The translations under genes and the position numbers were made by a program. Below, in pieces: positions 24,624 to 38,226 of a stretch of 64,000 nucleotides of DNA. The stretch's first letter is position 1; every line of letters begins with the position of its first letter. The notes beneath the pieces were generated by a model that was not told the origin of the DNA, made no database searches, and saw nothing but the letters and a program-made list of their open reading frames with translations. This stretch comes from Takakia lepidozioides (taxonomy: Eukaryota > Plantae > Bryophyta), in NCBI GenBank assembly GCA_030704615.1, contig CM060731.1, positions 39,122,001-39,186,000 of the forward strand, in the 5' to 3' direction.

Positions 24624-26485
24624 CTACATGCAAGAACTGCAAGAACATAAGAACTGTGCCAGCTTCTGCTTGCTCAGGCTCTATCGAGGAGGGCTACTGA
24701 AGCCTTGGATAACATTTTGCAAGTCAATGGCACGGTCTCTGTACTATACACACCACAAACATAGAAGCATACCAATTACAATGATATAGAAGGAGCTTGG
24801 GCTCACAAGGGCTGCCCTTCAAGCCAGGCTGATTGTAGTTGACACTCAAGCTCCTCCACAGCCCATGCTTGACCGGAGACTGTCCATCGATCATTATCTG
24901 CCACCTGACCAGAATATGCACATCTGTCTTGAAACTTCAGTGAAGCTCCAATCCTCACACCACAATTAGGACCATACTTAAATCTATCCACCATGCCACT
25001 CTGCTTGACCTTGCTTCCTAGTCGCTAGCTGAGTTCAACGGACTCAGTCTTATATTAAGGACCCCCTCTGTCTCTGACCTAATAAGTGTACTGAAACGCG
25101 AGCTCGCCTGGTGACGTTCGATTTTCTGTACAGCCCACCACCGTGCAGCTGAGCAGCGATAGATTCAACCACAGCATGGGTGCTGCATATGCTCTCCACA
25201 AAGAAACTAATGGTCAACCCAAACAAGAGCAAGTTGATGCACTTCATGCTCAAGACCAGGCTACAACCACCCATGTTGAACAAGTATATCTTCAACACAA
25301 CTTTTGAGCAAACAAACTTCAATGCTATTGTGGACTGAGACTGGGGTGATCCAAATACTAATAACCACTGCGGCAGGTGTCACAAACAAAGGACTAAATT
25401 GTCATATAATCAAGGTATGGTGCATGTTTCAAAATTTGACAGTCGAACGGTATACCAGAACAATGTCCCCTTCATCTTTAGTAGGAACCAAATTGATTGA
25501 CCTGTTTTTCCACCACTGCAAAAGATCTGCATAAGCTCTTGCAGATGCTTCTTTCTTGGCCTGCATGGAAACATCACTACAATATAGATCTTTACAAGCT
25601 CATTTCCTGTCTTATTGAAGAATGCTGGTGCAGGGTTTCCATAAATTCACGCTCCCCTCCTTCTCCTTCCCGAAGTCCTCTGACCTTTAAGTGATTAATC
25701 TTCCCTCTCTCACCATACTCAGTTTGTGAGCAGAAGTGGGCTCTCCCAAGCGTTAGTCGTGTCCAGGTCCAATTTTTTCCAACTTTCTCCTTGAGGTTTA
25801 TTCCGAGGAAGTCAAACGCAGACAACACACGTCCCCATCCTTCTGTCCTTTATCATCGTTCAGCTCAAACAACAAACCTGGACGCAACCACATGCGACCT
25901 CAAAGGATACCTGGAAGTTTCATGGTTCGACATCCGCAGGTTCAGTAGGTTATTAGAGCAGACACCGAGTCGCCGACAGCTTCAGGGGTAATTTTTCACA
26001 TTTTCACTTCCAATGGATACTCAGCTGATGCGCTTCACTTTTGCTTTCTGTCTGCTAGAAGTTGACGCAAAGTTTTTGAGCCTCAAAATCAGTACTTCGT
26101 GTCTACTGTGAAGATTGTACACGACCGCTGCAGAGAAAATCGAAATTCTGCTGACAACTTAGTAGTGGCGAGCACAGCCGATAATTAGGAAACAAAGACA
26201 AATTTTAGGTCGGGGTAAGATCTCTGTCTCTCTCTTACACACACAATACCCCCTCAATGACACATTGTATGGTCAACTGGAATATCCTCATACTGCTGAT
26301 CAGAGACGAGTTATACGCTGCAGCGTGACTCAGGATTACAACGTGTGCAGTGGCATGTAGTGGCATATTGTCTATATGTATTTCTAACTGGTGGAATCTC
26401 TGTGTCTGTGAGCACAGACATCGCTGCTTGGGGGGGGTTTCGGCTCGATTTGGAGTCGAAACAGTCATTTATCTCTCCGAAAAGA

Positions 26486-29400
26486 ATGTGGGCTGCGCAT
26501 ATTCGCAACCGGCTTGGGGCCGTGCTCCCCTCTTTGCTGTTGCCATCGGTATGTGTATGATTATCGTTGTGGGTCTGCCTCGCTCTGAGGACTTGTTTCA
26601 TAGTTGAGGTGCGCAGTTGTGATAGAGTGCAGCGGACGAAGTTGATGAGAGTTGTGATGACATTGTGGGTGCGAAATTGAAGAGGTGAGTTATAATAAGA
26701 GTTCGGGGTGCCGTAGGCTGGGGTGCAAAGATGGCAGTGGAGTAGCAGCACAATTGATATTCGCGAATTTATGGGCAAAGGGCTAGCTGCAGTCAAGGAG
26801 CTCAACCGTGTTGTTGACGACACAGACCTCGATGACCACCGTCTTCAACCCTTGCTCAAGGTGGTTAGCATTTACATCCCTGCAGGCTACAGGAGATTCA
26901 CACGACTTTCCTTTCAAGTACTATTGTTAATTGCCATCTCCTTGGCTTGCAATTTTGCCTCCTGCCTCATTTCCTAATTTGATTTATGCGTCTCTTGCAT
27001 CTTGCATCTGTTCTCTCCGTCCCGGTCTTTCTAGTAATTCGCACTGTTCTGTCTCACTATTCCTGGAGCCTGCAACTCCTGGCTACATTTAATCTTTCTC
27101 CTTTTGGTTACAGCAGAGGCTTATATAATGGAATGAGATGTGAATGAACTCATGCACAATCACTTAGAGAGAAATTGGACAGATATTGTACAGACAGCAA
27201 AGGAGAACTTTGAGTTGGCGTTGGAAGTCCAAAGCAACAATACAGATGCCATGCTGTGGCTGGCTCGTCTTCACCTATATTACCAGATTCCTGGTGCATG
27301 TTGCTCCAGGTACTCTGTCTAACTTCCTCACTCAAGTTCAACTCCTGTTAACACTTTGAAATCCCATGGTGGATTGGGCTCTGTTACGAAGCCTGTTCAT
27401 TGGTTGGCTTGTGCACTGGTTCAGACAGCTCCATGGAGATTGGGATATTGATGAGTAGTGTTGGAGGTACAGTAACCCACAAAAGATCAGAGGTGCCCAC
27501 CAACAACCTTCAGGTGGCCAGGTCACTTGGTGGAAATCAGATACTAAAAAATCAGGTTGTGACTAAGGCACAGATGAGCAACATTTAATTCCTTAAAATT
27601 CACTGCGAGTGTCTGACAGAATACAAAGGTGCTGGTTGAGATGGGGTATGAAGGGTGTGATGGCATGACAGTGGAGCAGCATTACTGGAAACAGCTGCAG
27701 ATGCAGGCAATGCAGATGCTCAGTATGAGCTGGCATGTAGGATCCGAACAGAGGTGCTGCAGCTGCCCTGTTAGATCTGCTGTGTGTTGTATACGCCAGT
27801 CTTCTTGCATGTATTATGTAATGGCTAGCTCTATGTCATGTATCTACTTTTTTTGCACCTGATTGAAACATGCAATTGCTCCAAGTTTTCCAGATATCCT
27901 CTAGAAATCCCTTCACACAAACATCAATCTGCTGTGAGTGATTTGCCCAATAACTAGACCCCAAAAGGGCCTGGGCTTTTGGATCAGCCACAAGATTTTC
28001 AAAGTTGGTAAACAGAGGTACAGGGGTAAGGGAGAGAGTAGCAGTGTGAGGATGGCTGGGCTGATTTCAATATCTTTGTGCTTGTGATATAGGGTAAACT
28101 TTTGGGTTGTGATGATTTCATGGATGAGAGAGCTTTCAATTACCTGGAATCAGCAGCCTGTCAGGTGCGATTTTTCTCCCTCCATCTCTCTCTCTATGTG
28201 CCACACTGTTTGTGTGGCTGTGTAATGTCAACACCAGTATCATTGGATGTGTGTAAGCTATAGTCCATTCAGGCTGAGTACCATACAAGTTGGTGGATGG
28301 AACCGATGCCTGCCTCTTGGAACTTAGTATCCTGCAGGGACATATGGAATGCTATAGCCAACTGTCACCTTTTACTGGTCATTGAGTTTTCTCTCTCACC
28401 TCTTCGTGGCCCCCATACTGCTCTCCTTACCCGCTTTTCTACTCATCCCAACACAAAAAAGCTATTGTACTTTTCGCTTCTCTCTGCTTTAACATGTGTA
28501 TCTTTGTCAGTGCATCTCCGGACAATGGGGTTTTTATTTTATTTAATGGGGTTTGAGTTTCTCTATGTCAGTTACAGTGTAAGTGTCAACAGAAGATACA
28601 GCTTGTGCACATTACCGATCACCCATAATTAGTTTCTATGAGAAAGGAAAGGTGCTCCTATAGGCGGTGATCGGTTTTGTTTTATTCTGCGAAATCATGA
28701 GGGGGTGTATTGTGAGGTCAACAAAGGTTTACAAGCTTTGGAGTAGTCTAGCATTGCTATGATCCTATTGGTGACACGGGTGGCCACGTGTCACTTGTCG
28801 GTTGGTGATGGAATGATTGTTGCACAATGCAGAAACACCCCGGGGCCCTCTTCTTAGCAGGTGCCATGTACTTGGCTGGTAAACATGTTTCTCGAGATCC
28901 CAAGGCAGCTGCCTGGTGTTTTCGCAAGGCTGCTGAACAGGTGTGGTGCTACTCTCATTGCTTTGACCTGAAAAGTAGGAAGTTCTGCATAATTGTGAAA
29001 GCAAATGCAAGGTTGTCACTATGAAACCATCTGGATACAATGGATGGCCCTTGATACGATGGCTTTGTACTGCTGTGCTGAGTCTTCTTCATACTGTACA
29101 GAAATTCTAATATCCTGATTCTCCACAAGTATGCACTTTTATAGACTCGGATCCATGTATACCTCCCTCCACAAGAAAACATTAATGTTTGCACATGCAT
29201 GCCCTGTGTTTGGGTATGGGATGTGTGTGGAAGACCCAGTGATTGAGAGGGTTGTCTAACATCCTTTCATTGGCAGGGACACATCCCAGCAGCCACAGTG
29301 TATGGGGCACTCATGGCAAAAGGTACATGTGGGTTAAAAGCACCACTTAAAAGCCTTTAACATTGTCTATGTTTAAGCATCGGTTATGGGGGGAAGAGTG

Positions 29401-29772
29401 AGGATAGCTGTCAATAGCAGCAACACTTACTGTTGTCCGTGGGTCCAGCATGCTTCTGCAGCTTTCCTGCCAGCTAGCTCTCAACAAGCTTTTGTGGTAG
29501 CAATTTTCAGGAATCATGACTATCTGTGAGGTAGGGATATGACACAACTGGCCACATATCTGGTGGTGAATACTGGCACAGGTGCAAATTTGGATGAGGG
29601 AGATAGGACGGAAGGTGATCTAATGGAGATTTCAGACAAACCGCTAGAGAAGCACATTGCTGCGTCTGCTCGGACACATTTTGAGATGGCGGCGGAAGCA
29701 GGGGAGAATCTTGCTCTCGAATGGTTGACTAGGCTGCCCCCTGCTGCCCCCACAGATTCTTCTCCAAGATGA
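26486..29772 (+). CDS. Sel1/HCP-like repeat protein, 8 exons, probable organellar presequence
   Basis: Exons 26486-26548, 26717-26860, 27194-27309, 27672-27753, 28093-28164, 28833-28940, 29277-29322, 29582-29772, in frame with GT-AG. Sel1 motifs [59 protein letters not shown]. Confidence 0.9.
27890..28025 (-). mobile_element. Short antisense fragment of the same LINE family in a Sel1 intron
   Basis: Reverse complement of ~1050-1185. Confidence 0.8.
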
Positions 29773-30329
29773 TGTTATCTGTGACTCATTTCTGTGATCT
29801 GGGTCCTAACCCACTCTCTCTGCTGAAGACAGCAGGGTGCAAATGTGTTGCTTTTCACCTTGAAATTTTCTTGATGGGAAGGGGTGTGCATTTTGTCTGC
29901 AAGGAAAGTTATCAAGCGCTACCTGAACAAGACCAGCCACCCTGCTCTCCCTTACCACATACTGTATGATGTTAAAGGCATTTTGGTGACAAACCATCTT
30001 CCTATCGAGGTTCACCCATGCAGAATAGAACGAAAAAGAGACTAGGAAGAGTACTTGTGGGGACTTGCGGTTGCGGAAAGGTTCATGTAATTCCATTTCT
30101 TCTTATCATATCTTCCATCCTATAGTTGATCTTTGTTGGTGCTTTAGCACATGCCATAGTACAATTGGCTTTCAACCAAAATTCTCTCCAAAGTGACTCC
30201 AATAGTTTTAGTCTGAGCTTTTCGGGAGAGAGAAGGAGGGGAGCGGAACTGTGTGGAAACCCTAACACCAGCATTCTTCACTAAGACATGAAGAACCGCT
30301 ATGGTCAGATGCACTCTCTCATCCGAGGA

Positions 30330-30830
30330 CCTTGAGAACCTTGAGAACCAGTGAGAACTTTCATGCCCTGTTGAGAAGGAAAAACAACCCACTGAGAGCG
30401 AGAGTACAATTTCAATTTCGTTTTTTTTCACAATGAAGAGCAAAGCAACTGCAGATGCAATCTAGCCTGCAGGACATCGAACCCTGTCGCATCCTAATTC
30501 AAAGATGGCCTTACCTTATCAAACCTGGTGTCAAACCTGGTGTTCCCCCACTGTGGAGAATCGCAGAAGCACTCTTGCCAAAGCAGTGCTCCCTCTCCTG
30601 GTGGCTGGGGAGGCGTCGTAAACATCACTCGCTAGGGTCTCGAACGATGTATTGCAAGCTGGATGCCCATTTCAGCTCCGCAGCCTGGCCCTTTTCATCT
30701 GCTGGTATATGATCTGAAACCTCCTTCCCATTTACTCCAAGGAAGACCTCAGGTATGCATACCGCAGGCGCGCTCATAAAGCCGGAGCATGCTGCCGTCC
30801 GAATTGCTATCTACCGAGAGAAGAGAAGTG
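30330..30830 (-). pseudogene. Orphan 5' exon(s) of the PDF-PPR gene; PPR body missing in this duplicate
   Basis: Paralogous to 40598-41080; encodes LLWQECFCDSPQWGNTRFDTRFDK|gtaagg, with a 12-bp internal duplication. Confidence 0.8.
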
Positions 30831-31706
30831 GAGGGCAAATCTACAACTTGTAAGGATGACCAGGGATAATTTGTCACATTTTCACTTTCAACGGCTACTC
30901 GGCTGATGCGATTCACTTTTGTTTTCTGTCAGCTAGGAGTTGACACAAAGTTTTTGGGCCTCAAAATCATTACTTCCTGTGTACTGTGGAGATTGTATGC
31001 GACCGCTGCAGAGAAAATCGAACTTCTGCTGACAACCTGGTAGTGGCGAGCACATCCGATATTTAGGAGACAAAGACTCTCCTCTGAAATTATGTCGGGG
31101 TAAGCTCTCTTTTACACACATAATCCGCCCCTCAATGCCATATTGGAATATCCTCGTACTGCAATCAGAGACGAGTAATATGCTGCAGCGTGACTGCAGG
31201 ATTATACCGTGTGCAGTGGCAAAGGATCCTATATATACTTGTAACAGGCGGAATCTCTGTTACTGTGAGCACAGGCATCGCTACTTGGGGGAAGTTTCGG
31301 CTCGATTTGGAGTCGAAACAGTCATTTATCTCTACGAAAAGAATGTGGGCTGCGCATATTCGCAAAAGGCTTGGGGTGCTCCCCTCTTTGCTGTTGGTAT
31401 GTGTATGATAATCGTTGTTGGTCTGCCTCGCTCTGAGGACTTATGTCATAGTTTAGTTGAGCAGTTGTGATAGGGTGCAGCGTACAAAGTAGATGAGAGT
31501 TGTGATGACATTGTGGGTGCGAAATTGAAGAGGTGAGTTATAATAAGAGTGCGGGGTGCCGTAGGCTGGGGTGCAAAGACAGCATTGGAGTAGCAGCACA
31601 ATTGATATGTGCGAATTTATGGGTAAAGGGCTAGCTGCAGTCAAGGAGCTCAACCGTATTGTTGACGACACAGACCTCGATGACCACCGTCTGCAACTGA
31701 TAATTT

Positions 31707-34079
31707 ATGCTGTACATTGTGGGTTGCCGTTGTCAGCTACTTGCGGCTCCTGGTGTCGTGGCAAGGGTAGCTAACTTAGGCAGGGATGGAGTTTGTGTGC
31801 AGACAAATCTTGGAGGATCAGATTGCAAGCACAAGAGTACCAACGAGGCATCCTGGATGGGCAGCTACAAGAAATCTGCATGGGTAGCAATAGGAGCTCA
31901 ATTGTTTGAATCAATCACGTCCTCTATAACGAATACTCTTGAAAGACGGCAAAAAGATGGCACTTCTTGGGATGTGAGCACGTTATGTAAAGCTGGACGA
32001 CTGAAAGAGGCTGTTCACGTTTTGAACCACGGAGGCGTTTTGGCCGATGCCAATACTTATGTCTGTCTCCTGCAGGAGTGCATCAGGATGGAAGGCCTAG
32101 CAGAGGGAAAGCAGGTGCATGCCCACATTATCGAAAGTGGATTCAAGCCAAGTATCTTTGTACTCAATACTCTTGTAAACATGTATTCCAAGTGTGGGAG
32201 CTTGGAGGATGCACGCCAGGTGTTTGACAAAATGCCTGACAGAGGTAAGGTTACATGGAACATAATGATAACAGGATATGCTAAGCATGGGTGTAGTATG
32301 GAGGCAATAAAAATCTACGAGGAAATGATATGTCAAGGGGTGATGCCCAACAGGGTCACATTCCTTTGTGTTCTCAAGGCTTGTGCCAACCTGGCAGCCA
32401 TGGAAAAGGGCAAGGAGGTCCATGCGAACCTCATCAAAGCAGGAATTCCTGCTGATGTTGTGCTGGATACTGCCCTTATTGCCATGTATGCCAAATGTGG
32501 GAGCATGAAGGATGCACGTCATGTGTTTGAGAATATGGCTGAACAAAATGTTGTGTCATGGAACGCAATGATCACAGGATATGCTCAGCATGGCTGTGCT
32601 AGGGAGGCCTGGGAGACCTATGAGCAAATGAAACATGGAGGGGTGATGCCCAACAGGGTCACATTCGTGTGCATTCTCCATGCCTGTGCCAGCCTCACAG
32701 CGCTAGAAAAGGGCAAAGAGGTCCATGCTGACATTATCCAAGCTGGCATCGAGGCAAATATGATCCTTGAGAGTAGCCTTGTCGACATGTACACCAAATG
32801 TGGGAACATAAAGGATGCACATCAAGTGTTCAACACTATGACGGAGCGAGATGTGGTCTCGTGGAGTGCTATGATCGCAGGATATGCTCAGCATGGCTAC
32901 GGTATGGAGGCTTTGCAGACCTATGAGCAGATGATGCAGGAAGGTGTGGTACCCAACCAGGTCACGTTTGTTGGCGTTCTCAAATCATGTGCCACCCTGG
33001 CAGCACTGGACAAGGGCAAAGAGGTCCATGCTGACATCATCAAAGCTGGAATTCAGCCAAATATCATTCTGAAGAGCGCCCTTGTTGACATGTATGCCAA
33101 GTGTGGCAACATAGAGGATGCACATCAATTGTTTGACGATATGGCTGAAAGAGATGTGGTCTCATGGAATGCGATGATTGCAGGATATGCTCAGCATGGG
33201 TGTGGTAGAGAGGCCCTGCAACTCTTTAGGCAAATGCAACAGGAACGTTTGAAGCCGGACGGCATCACTTTTGTATGTGTTCTCTCTGCATGTAGCCATG
33301 TGGGCCTAGTGGATGAAGGCTGTCATTACTTTAATTCCATGAGTCAAGATCATGACCTTACTCCTACAGTGGAGCATTTTGGCTGCATGGTGGACCTTCT
33401 TGGCCGTGCGGGACAAATGCAAGAGGCAGAGGACTTAATTAAGAAAATGCCAATGGAACCAGGTGTTGCTGTATGGGGAGCCTTGCTTGGTGCCTGCAGA
33501 ATTCATGGCAATGTGAAGGTGGCAGAATATGCGGCAAAATGCCTGCTTGAGTGTGATCCACATGACATTGCAACTTACGTGCTGCTAGCAAACATATATG
33601 CTGCAGCTGGCAGGTGGGACGACAGAGCAAAGTTGAGGAAAATGATGGAGGCCAAAGACATCAGAAAGGAAACAGGTTGCTGCTGCATTGAGGTGAACAA
33701 GTGGGTCCATGCATTTGTTGTAGATGACAAATTGCATCCACAAATTGACGAAATCCATGCTGAGCTACAGAGATTGTCTGGTCAGATGAAGGAGGCTGGG
33801 CATATGCCTGACACCCGCTTTGCATTGCATGATGTGGAGGAGGAGCACAAGGAATTCTCTCTTTACCACCACAGCGAGAGACTGGCCATTGCTTTTGGGC
33901 TCATAAGCACATCCCCTGGGATGCCTCTCCGTATCATCAAGAACCTTCGGGTGTGTGGTGACTGCCACACAGCTGCCAAGTTCATCTCCAAGATTGTGGG
34001 GCGCTCAATTGTTGTACGGGACGTGAATCGCTTTCACCATTTTCAAGATGGGGTTTGTTCTTGTGGGGATTACTGGTGA
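31707..34079 (+). CDS. PLS-class PPR-E-DYW RNA-editing factor with a degenerate PDF half-motif at its N-terminus (probable splice acceptor at 31802)
   Basis: 790-aa ORF with four KCG-type PLS triplets, HHSERLA, CGDCH and terminal CSCGDYW. cag|[28 protein letters not shown] matches the second PDF exon of its paralogues. Confidence 0.93.
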   Translation: MLYIVGCRCQLLAAPGVVARVANLGRDGVCVQTNLGGSDCKHKSTNEASWMGSYKKSAWVAIGAQLFESITSSITNTLERRQKDGTSWDVSTLCKAGRLKEAVHVLNHGGVLADANTYVCLLQECIRMEGLAEGKQVHAHIIESGFKPSIFVLNTLVNMYSKCGSLEDARQVFDKMPDRGKVTWNIMITGYAKHGCSMEAIKIYEEMICQGVMPNRVTFLCVLKACANLAAMEKGKEVHANLIKAGIPADVVLDTALIAMYAKCGSMKDARHVFENMAEQNVVSWNAMITGYAQHGCAREAWETYEQMKHGGVMPNRVTFVCILHACASLTALEKGKEVHADIIQAGIEANMILESSLVDMYTKCGNIKDAHQVFNTMTERDVVSWSAMIAGYAQHGYGMEALQTYEQMMQEGVVPNQVTFVGVLKSCATLAALDKGKEVHADIIKAGIQPNIILKSALVDMYAKCGNIEDAHQLFDDMAERDVVSWNAMIAGYAQHGCGREALQLFRQMQQERLKPDGITFVCVLSACSHVGLVDEGCHYFNSMSQDHDLTPTVEHFGCMVDLLGRAGQMQEAEDLIKKMPMEPGVAVWGALLGACRIHGNVKVAEYAAKCLLECDPHDIATYVLLANIYAAAGRWDDRAKLRKMMEAKDIRKETGCCCIEVNKWVHAFVVDDKLHPQIDEIHAELQRLSGQMKEAGHMPDTRFALHDVEEEHKEFSLYHHSERLAIAFGLISTSPGMPLRIIKNLRVCGDCHTAAKFISKIVGRSIVVRDVNRFHHFQDGVCSCGDYW

Positions 34080-34157
34080 AACTAACCACATGCATGAAGG
34101 AAAGACGTTGCAGCCTGTCAGGTGCGATTTTTCTCCCTCCCTCTCTCTCTTTATGTG

Positions 34158-35890
34158 GAGAGTTGTCCATAACTTGTATGCTCACACCAAAAGCTCTGTC
34201 ACTGTTAATGGACAGAAGTCTAACTTCTTTGACATAGACCAAGGTGTAGCTCAAGGATGTACCCTCTCGCCTCTGCTCTTCAATGTTTTCATCAATCAAC
34301 TCCTCGAGGATGTGGAACGTGAGGGATTTGGGTTAAGGGTGGGTGATGCCACCATTCCAGCCCTTATGTTTGCGGATGACTTCGCAGGCATAGGGGAGAC
34401 TCCTTCCAACCTCCAGGAATTGATTGATTGCGCGAAGAGATATCTTTGAGGGCTAGAGGTTAATGTCAGTAAATGTGCAGTGACATTCAACGACAGAGGA
34501 GAGGGAGGAAGTGATCTTAAGTGGCAGTGGGGTAGCCAAGAGATTCCAGTCCTCTCTTCCTACACATACCTGGGCGTTGAGTTTTCCTCCAACTGTAACT
34601 GGGATGCACATATCCAGAAAGTTGTTCAAACTGGCAAGGGCAAAGCGCTGAGTCTCACTAAATTTTTACACTGCAGAGGGATTAACTCTGAGGTCAAGAA
34701 AACCTTGCTTTGCCGCGTTATTAGACCTGCCTTGGAGTACGGATCTGCTATATGGGTTGATAACTCCAACCAGGCTAAGTCTCTAGAATCCGTTCAAGTG
34801 GGGGTGCTTAAGGAGTGCATGTCAGCATGCTCCAAAACAGCCAATGTGGTTTGGCATCCCTTCCTTAAGCTCCCGACAAGATGAATTCAAGGTCAGATGG
34901 TGGGGTCAGTTGCAACACATGTCCAACACCAGATACCCTAAGTTAATCGACTCTATATCTTGGAAACAGGACTGCCCTGTCAAACAGGCTAAGTCCTGGC
35001 AGAAGAGAGTAGAAGAGATTCTCAAGGACCTGGACCTGGATCCGCATGTCTTGACCCTGCTGGATAAATCTGACTTAGAGGCTGTAGTGTCCAAAGCCAT
35101 GTCTGTTGCCATGAGATTGTCTGATGAAAATGAAGTTAGGCAGAAAACTTCCCTGAACTTGTTTCCAGTCAGTGACATGGGGGAGGACATCTTGGATGAC
35201 CTCAAGGGTCTACCCAATCTCGGCACCAGACTGAAATTTAAACTCAGGGCAGGAAGCCTATCTTTGAACAGTAAACAGAAGCAGAGAGGATAGGGAGAGT
35301 GCAATTGCCCGTGGTGTGGGCAACCGGAAGACAATATTCATTTTCTGATTCACTGTCCGGGGTACTCTCACCAGAGAGAAGCTCTCCTCCAATCTATCAA
35401 GAGAATTGTGCCTGTACCTCTGTTTACCAACTTTGAAAGTCTCGAGGCTGAGCCAAAAGCCCAGGCCCTTCTGAGGCCTAGTTTTTGGGCAAATCACACA
35501 CAGCAGATTGATGCTTGTGTGAAGGGATTTCTAGAGGATATCTGGAAAACCCGAATCAATTCTTTGTATAAAGGTAAGTCTTACTACCAATGTCAGCCCC
35601 TGACAGAGGTAGGTTCTGGTTTCCGCTCAAACTGGGCGCAGGGTCAATGGCCACAAGGCTACGGCAACTAACTTCTTATGAGTACATTCTCTTTATGTGT
35701 CACAGTGATCCGATCAATGTGACAATGTGTATGGATCAATGTTTTATATCAAGGTAAGTCTTACTACCGACGTCAGCCCCTGACAGACGTAGGTTCTGTC
35801 CCTTTGTGTTCCGCTCAAACTGGGCGTGGGGTCAATGTCCACAAGGCTACGGCAAACAACGTCTTATGAGCACATTCTCTTTATGTGTCA
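34158..35890 (+). mobile_element. 5'-truncated LINE with TSD and a duplicated 3' end
   Basis: GVAQGCTLSPLLF, MFADD and YLG motifs plus a CCHC knuckle, with frameshifts. TCTCTTTATGTG at 34146-34157, 35688-35699 and ~35876-35887. The empty site is visible in the paralogue at ~28190. Confidence 0.92.
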
Positions 35891-38226
35891 CAGGTGTTTG
35901 TGTGGCTGTGTAATGTCAACACCAGTATCACTGGATGTGTGCAAGCTATATTCCATTCAGGCTGAGTACCAAACAAGTTGGTGGATGGAACCAGTGACTG
36001 GCAGTTAGTACCCTGCAGGGACACATGGATTCAAGAGTAGTTCCATAGCCAACTGTCACATTTATTGGTCAGGGAACTTTCTCTCTCACCTCTTTGTGGC
36101 CCCCACACTGCTCTCCTTACCCACTTTTCTACTCATCCTAACACAAAAGGGTTTTTTATTTTTTTAAATGGGGTTTGAGTTTCTCTATGTCAGTTACAGT
36201 ATAAGTGTAAATAGAAGATACAGCTTGTATATATTACCATTCACCCGTTATTAGTTTCTATGAGAAAGGACAGGTGCTCCTATAGGTGGTGATGGATTTC
36301 GTTTTATTCTGTGAAATCATCAGCGGGTGCATTGTGAGGTCAACCAAGATTTACAAGCTTTGAAATAGTCTAGCATTGCTATGATCCATTGGCGACACAG
36401 TTGGCCACCTGTCGCTTGTCAGTTTGTGATGGAATGATTGTTGCACAATGCAGAAACACCCTGGGGCCCTCTTCTTAGCAGGCGCCATGTACTTGGCTGG
36501 TAAACATGTTTCTCGAGATCCCAAGGCAGCTGCCTGGTGTTTTCGCAAGGCTGCTGAACAGGTGTGGTGCTACTCTCATTGCTTTGACCTGAAAAGTAGG
36601 AAGTTCTGCATAATTGTGAAAGCAAATGCAAGGTTGTCACTATGGAATCACCTGGCATACAATGGATCGCTCTTGTTGCACTGCTTTTCTCCATATTGTT
36701 CAGAATTCTTAAATCCTGATTCTTCAGCAAGTATATGTTGTGTGTAAGACAGTGATTGAGAGGGTTGTCTAACAACCTTTCATTGGCAGGGATGCATCCC
36801 AGCAGTTTGGGGCTCTCATGGCAAAAGGTACATGTGGGTTAAAAGCACCACTTAAAGCCTTGAACATTGTCTATGTTTATGCATCAGTTGCGGGGGGAAG
36901 AGTGAGGATAGCTGTCAATGTTGTCCGGGGTTCTAGCTGATAACTGCTTCTGCAGCTTTCCTGCGAGCTAGCTCTCAACAAGCTTTTGTGGTAGCAATTT
37001 TCAGGAATCATGACAATCTGTGATGTAGGGATATGACACAACCTTGTCTGTGCGATGTAGGAGTTTGAAGGAGTCTGGGATTGAGGCAATTGAAAGAGGA
37101 GATGTTCTCAAATTTTGTCGTGCCACATATCTGGTGGTGAATACTGGCACAGGTGCAGATTTGGATGAGGGAGATAGGACGGAAGGTGATCTAATGAAGA
37201 TTTCAGACAATACGCCAAAGAAGCACTTGGAGTTTGCTGCATCTGCTAGGATACATTTTGAGATGGCGGCGGAAGCAGGGGAGAATTTTGCTCTTGAATG
37301 GTTGTCTAGGCTGCCCCCTGCTGCCCCACAGATTCTTCTTCATGATGATGTTTTCTGTGACTTCTTATAGCTGTGATTTGTCTTCTAACCCTCTCCCTGC
37401 CGCAGACAAGAGGGAGCAAATGTGCCTGTGTTGAAAAGTTGTTTTTCACCTTGAAATTTTCTTGATGGGAGGGGTGTGCATTTTGCTTGAAAGGAGAGTT
37501 CTCAAGCGCTACCTGAACAAGACCAGCCACCCTGCTCTCCTTTACTACAAACTGTATGATGGTAAACCATCTTCATATCAAGGTTCAACCACAGAACAGA
37601 ATGGACTAGGAAGAGTATTTGTGGAAACTTGTGTTGAAAGGTTCATGTGTAATTCCAATTCTTCTGATCATAGGAATTATCTTTCATCCTGTAGTTGATC
37701 ATATGATGCAGTACAAGCAGCTTTCTACCCACATTCTCTACAAAGTAAAGTCAAATAGTTTTAGTCGGAGCTTTTCGGGAGAGAAGGTGGGGCATAAAAT
37801 TGTGGGAAACTCTACACCAGCATTCTTCAATAAGACAAGAATTGCAGCTATGGTCAGATGCACTATTTCATCCTAAGTAATGTGTCCTAATTACAGCTTC
37901 CAGTGTTAAATCTTGGATGTAGGTTCTCCCTTACTTCAGAGTAAAGAATACAGATCAAGTGGCATTTTTGGATTCTGATTGAGTCCATATAAGACGTGGA
38001 TATGAAATGCAGGTGCACCTCCATAGATTTTGGGATCTTCGTGCATTGTTTCTTGTAATCTGTATGAAACATCTGACAAGGTTATCACTGACTTCACTGC
38101 TGTCACAAAGGGCAGCTCACAGACGCATTCAGTTCCAGACTTCCCTTTGGTGACAAAGAATAGCAAAGGATGACCTTTCTGTCCGACCCTTTGAAGTCTC
38201 ACATTTCTTTCCTTAATGTTGACTAT

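Larger units (their letters stand above)
31343..37370 (+). pseudogene. Disrupted duplicate of the Sel1-repeat gene
   Basis: Exons 1-2 at 31343-31697. End of exon 2 to most of exon 5 replaced by the PPR-DYW gene. LINE in the following intron. 8-nt deletion in the exon at ~36790-36827. Confidence 0.85.
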
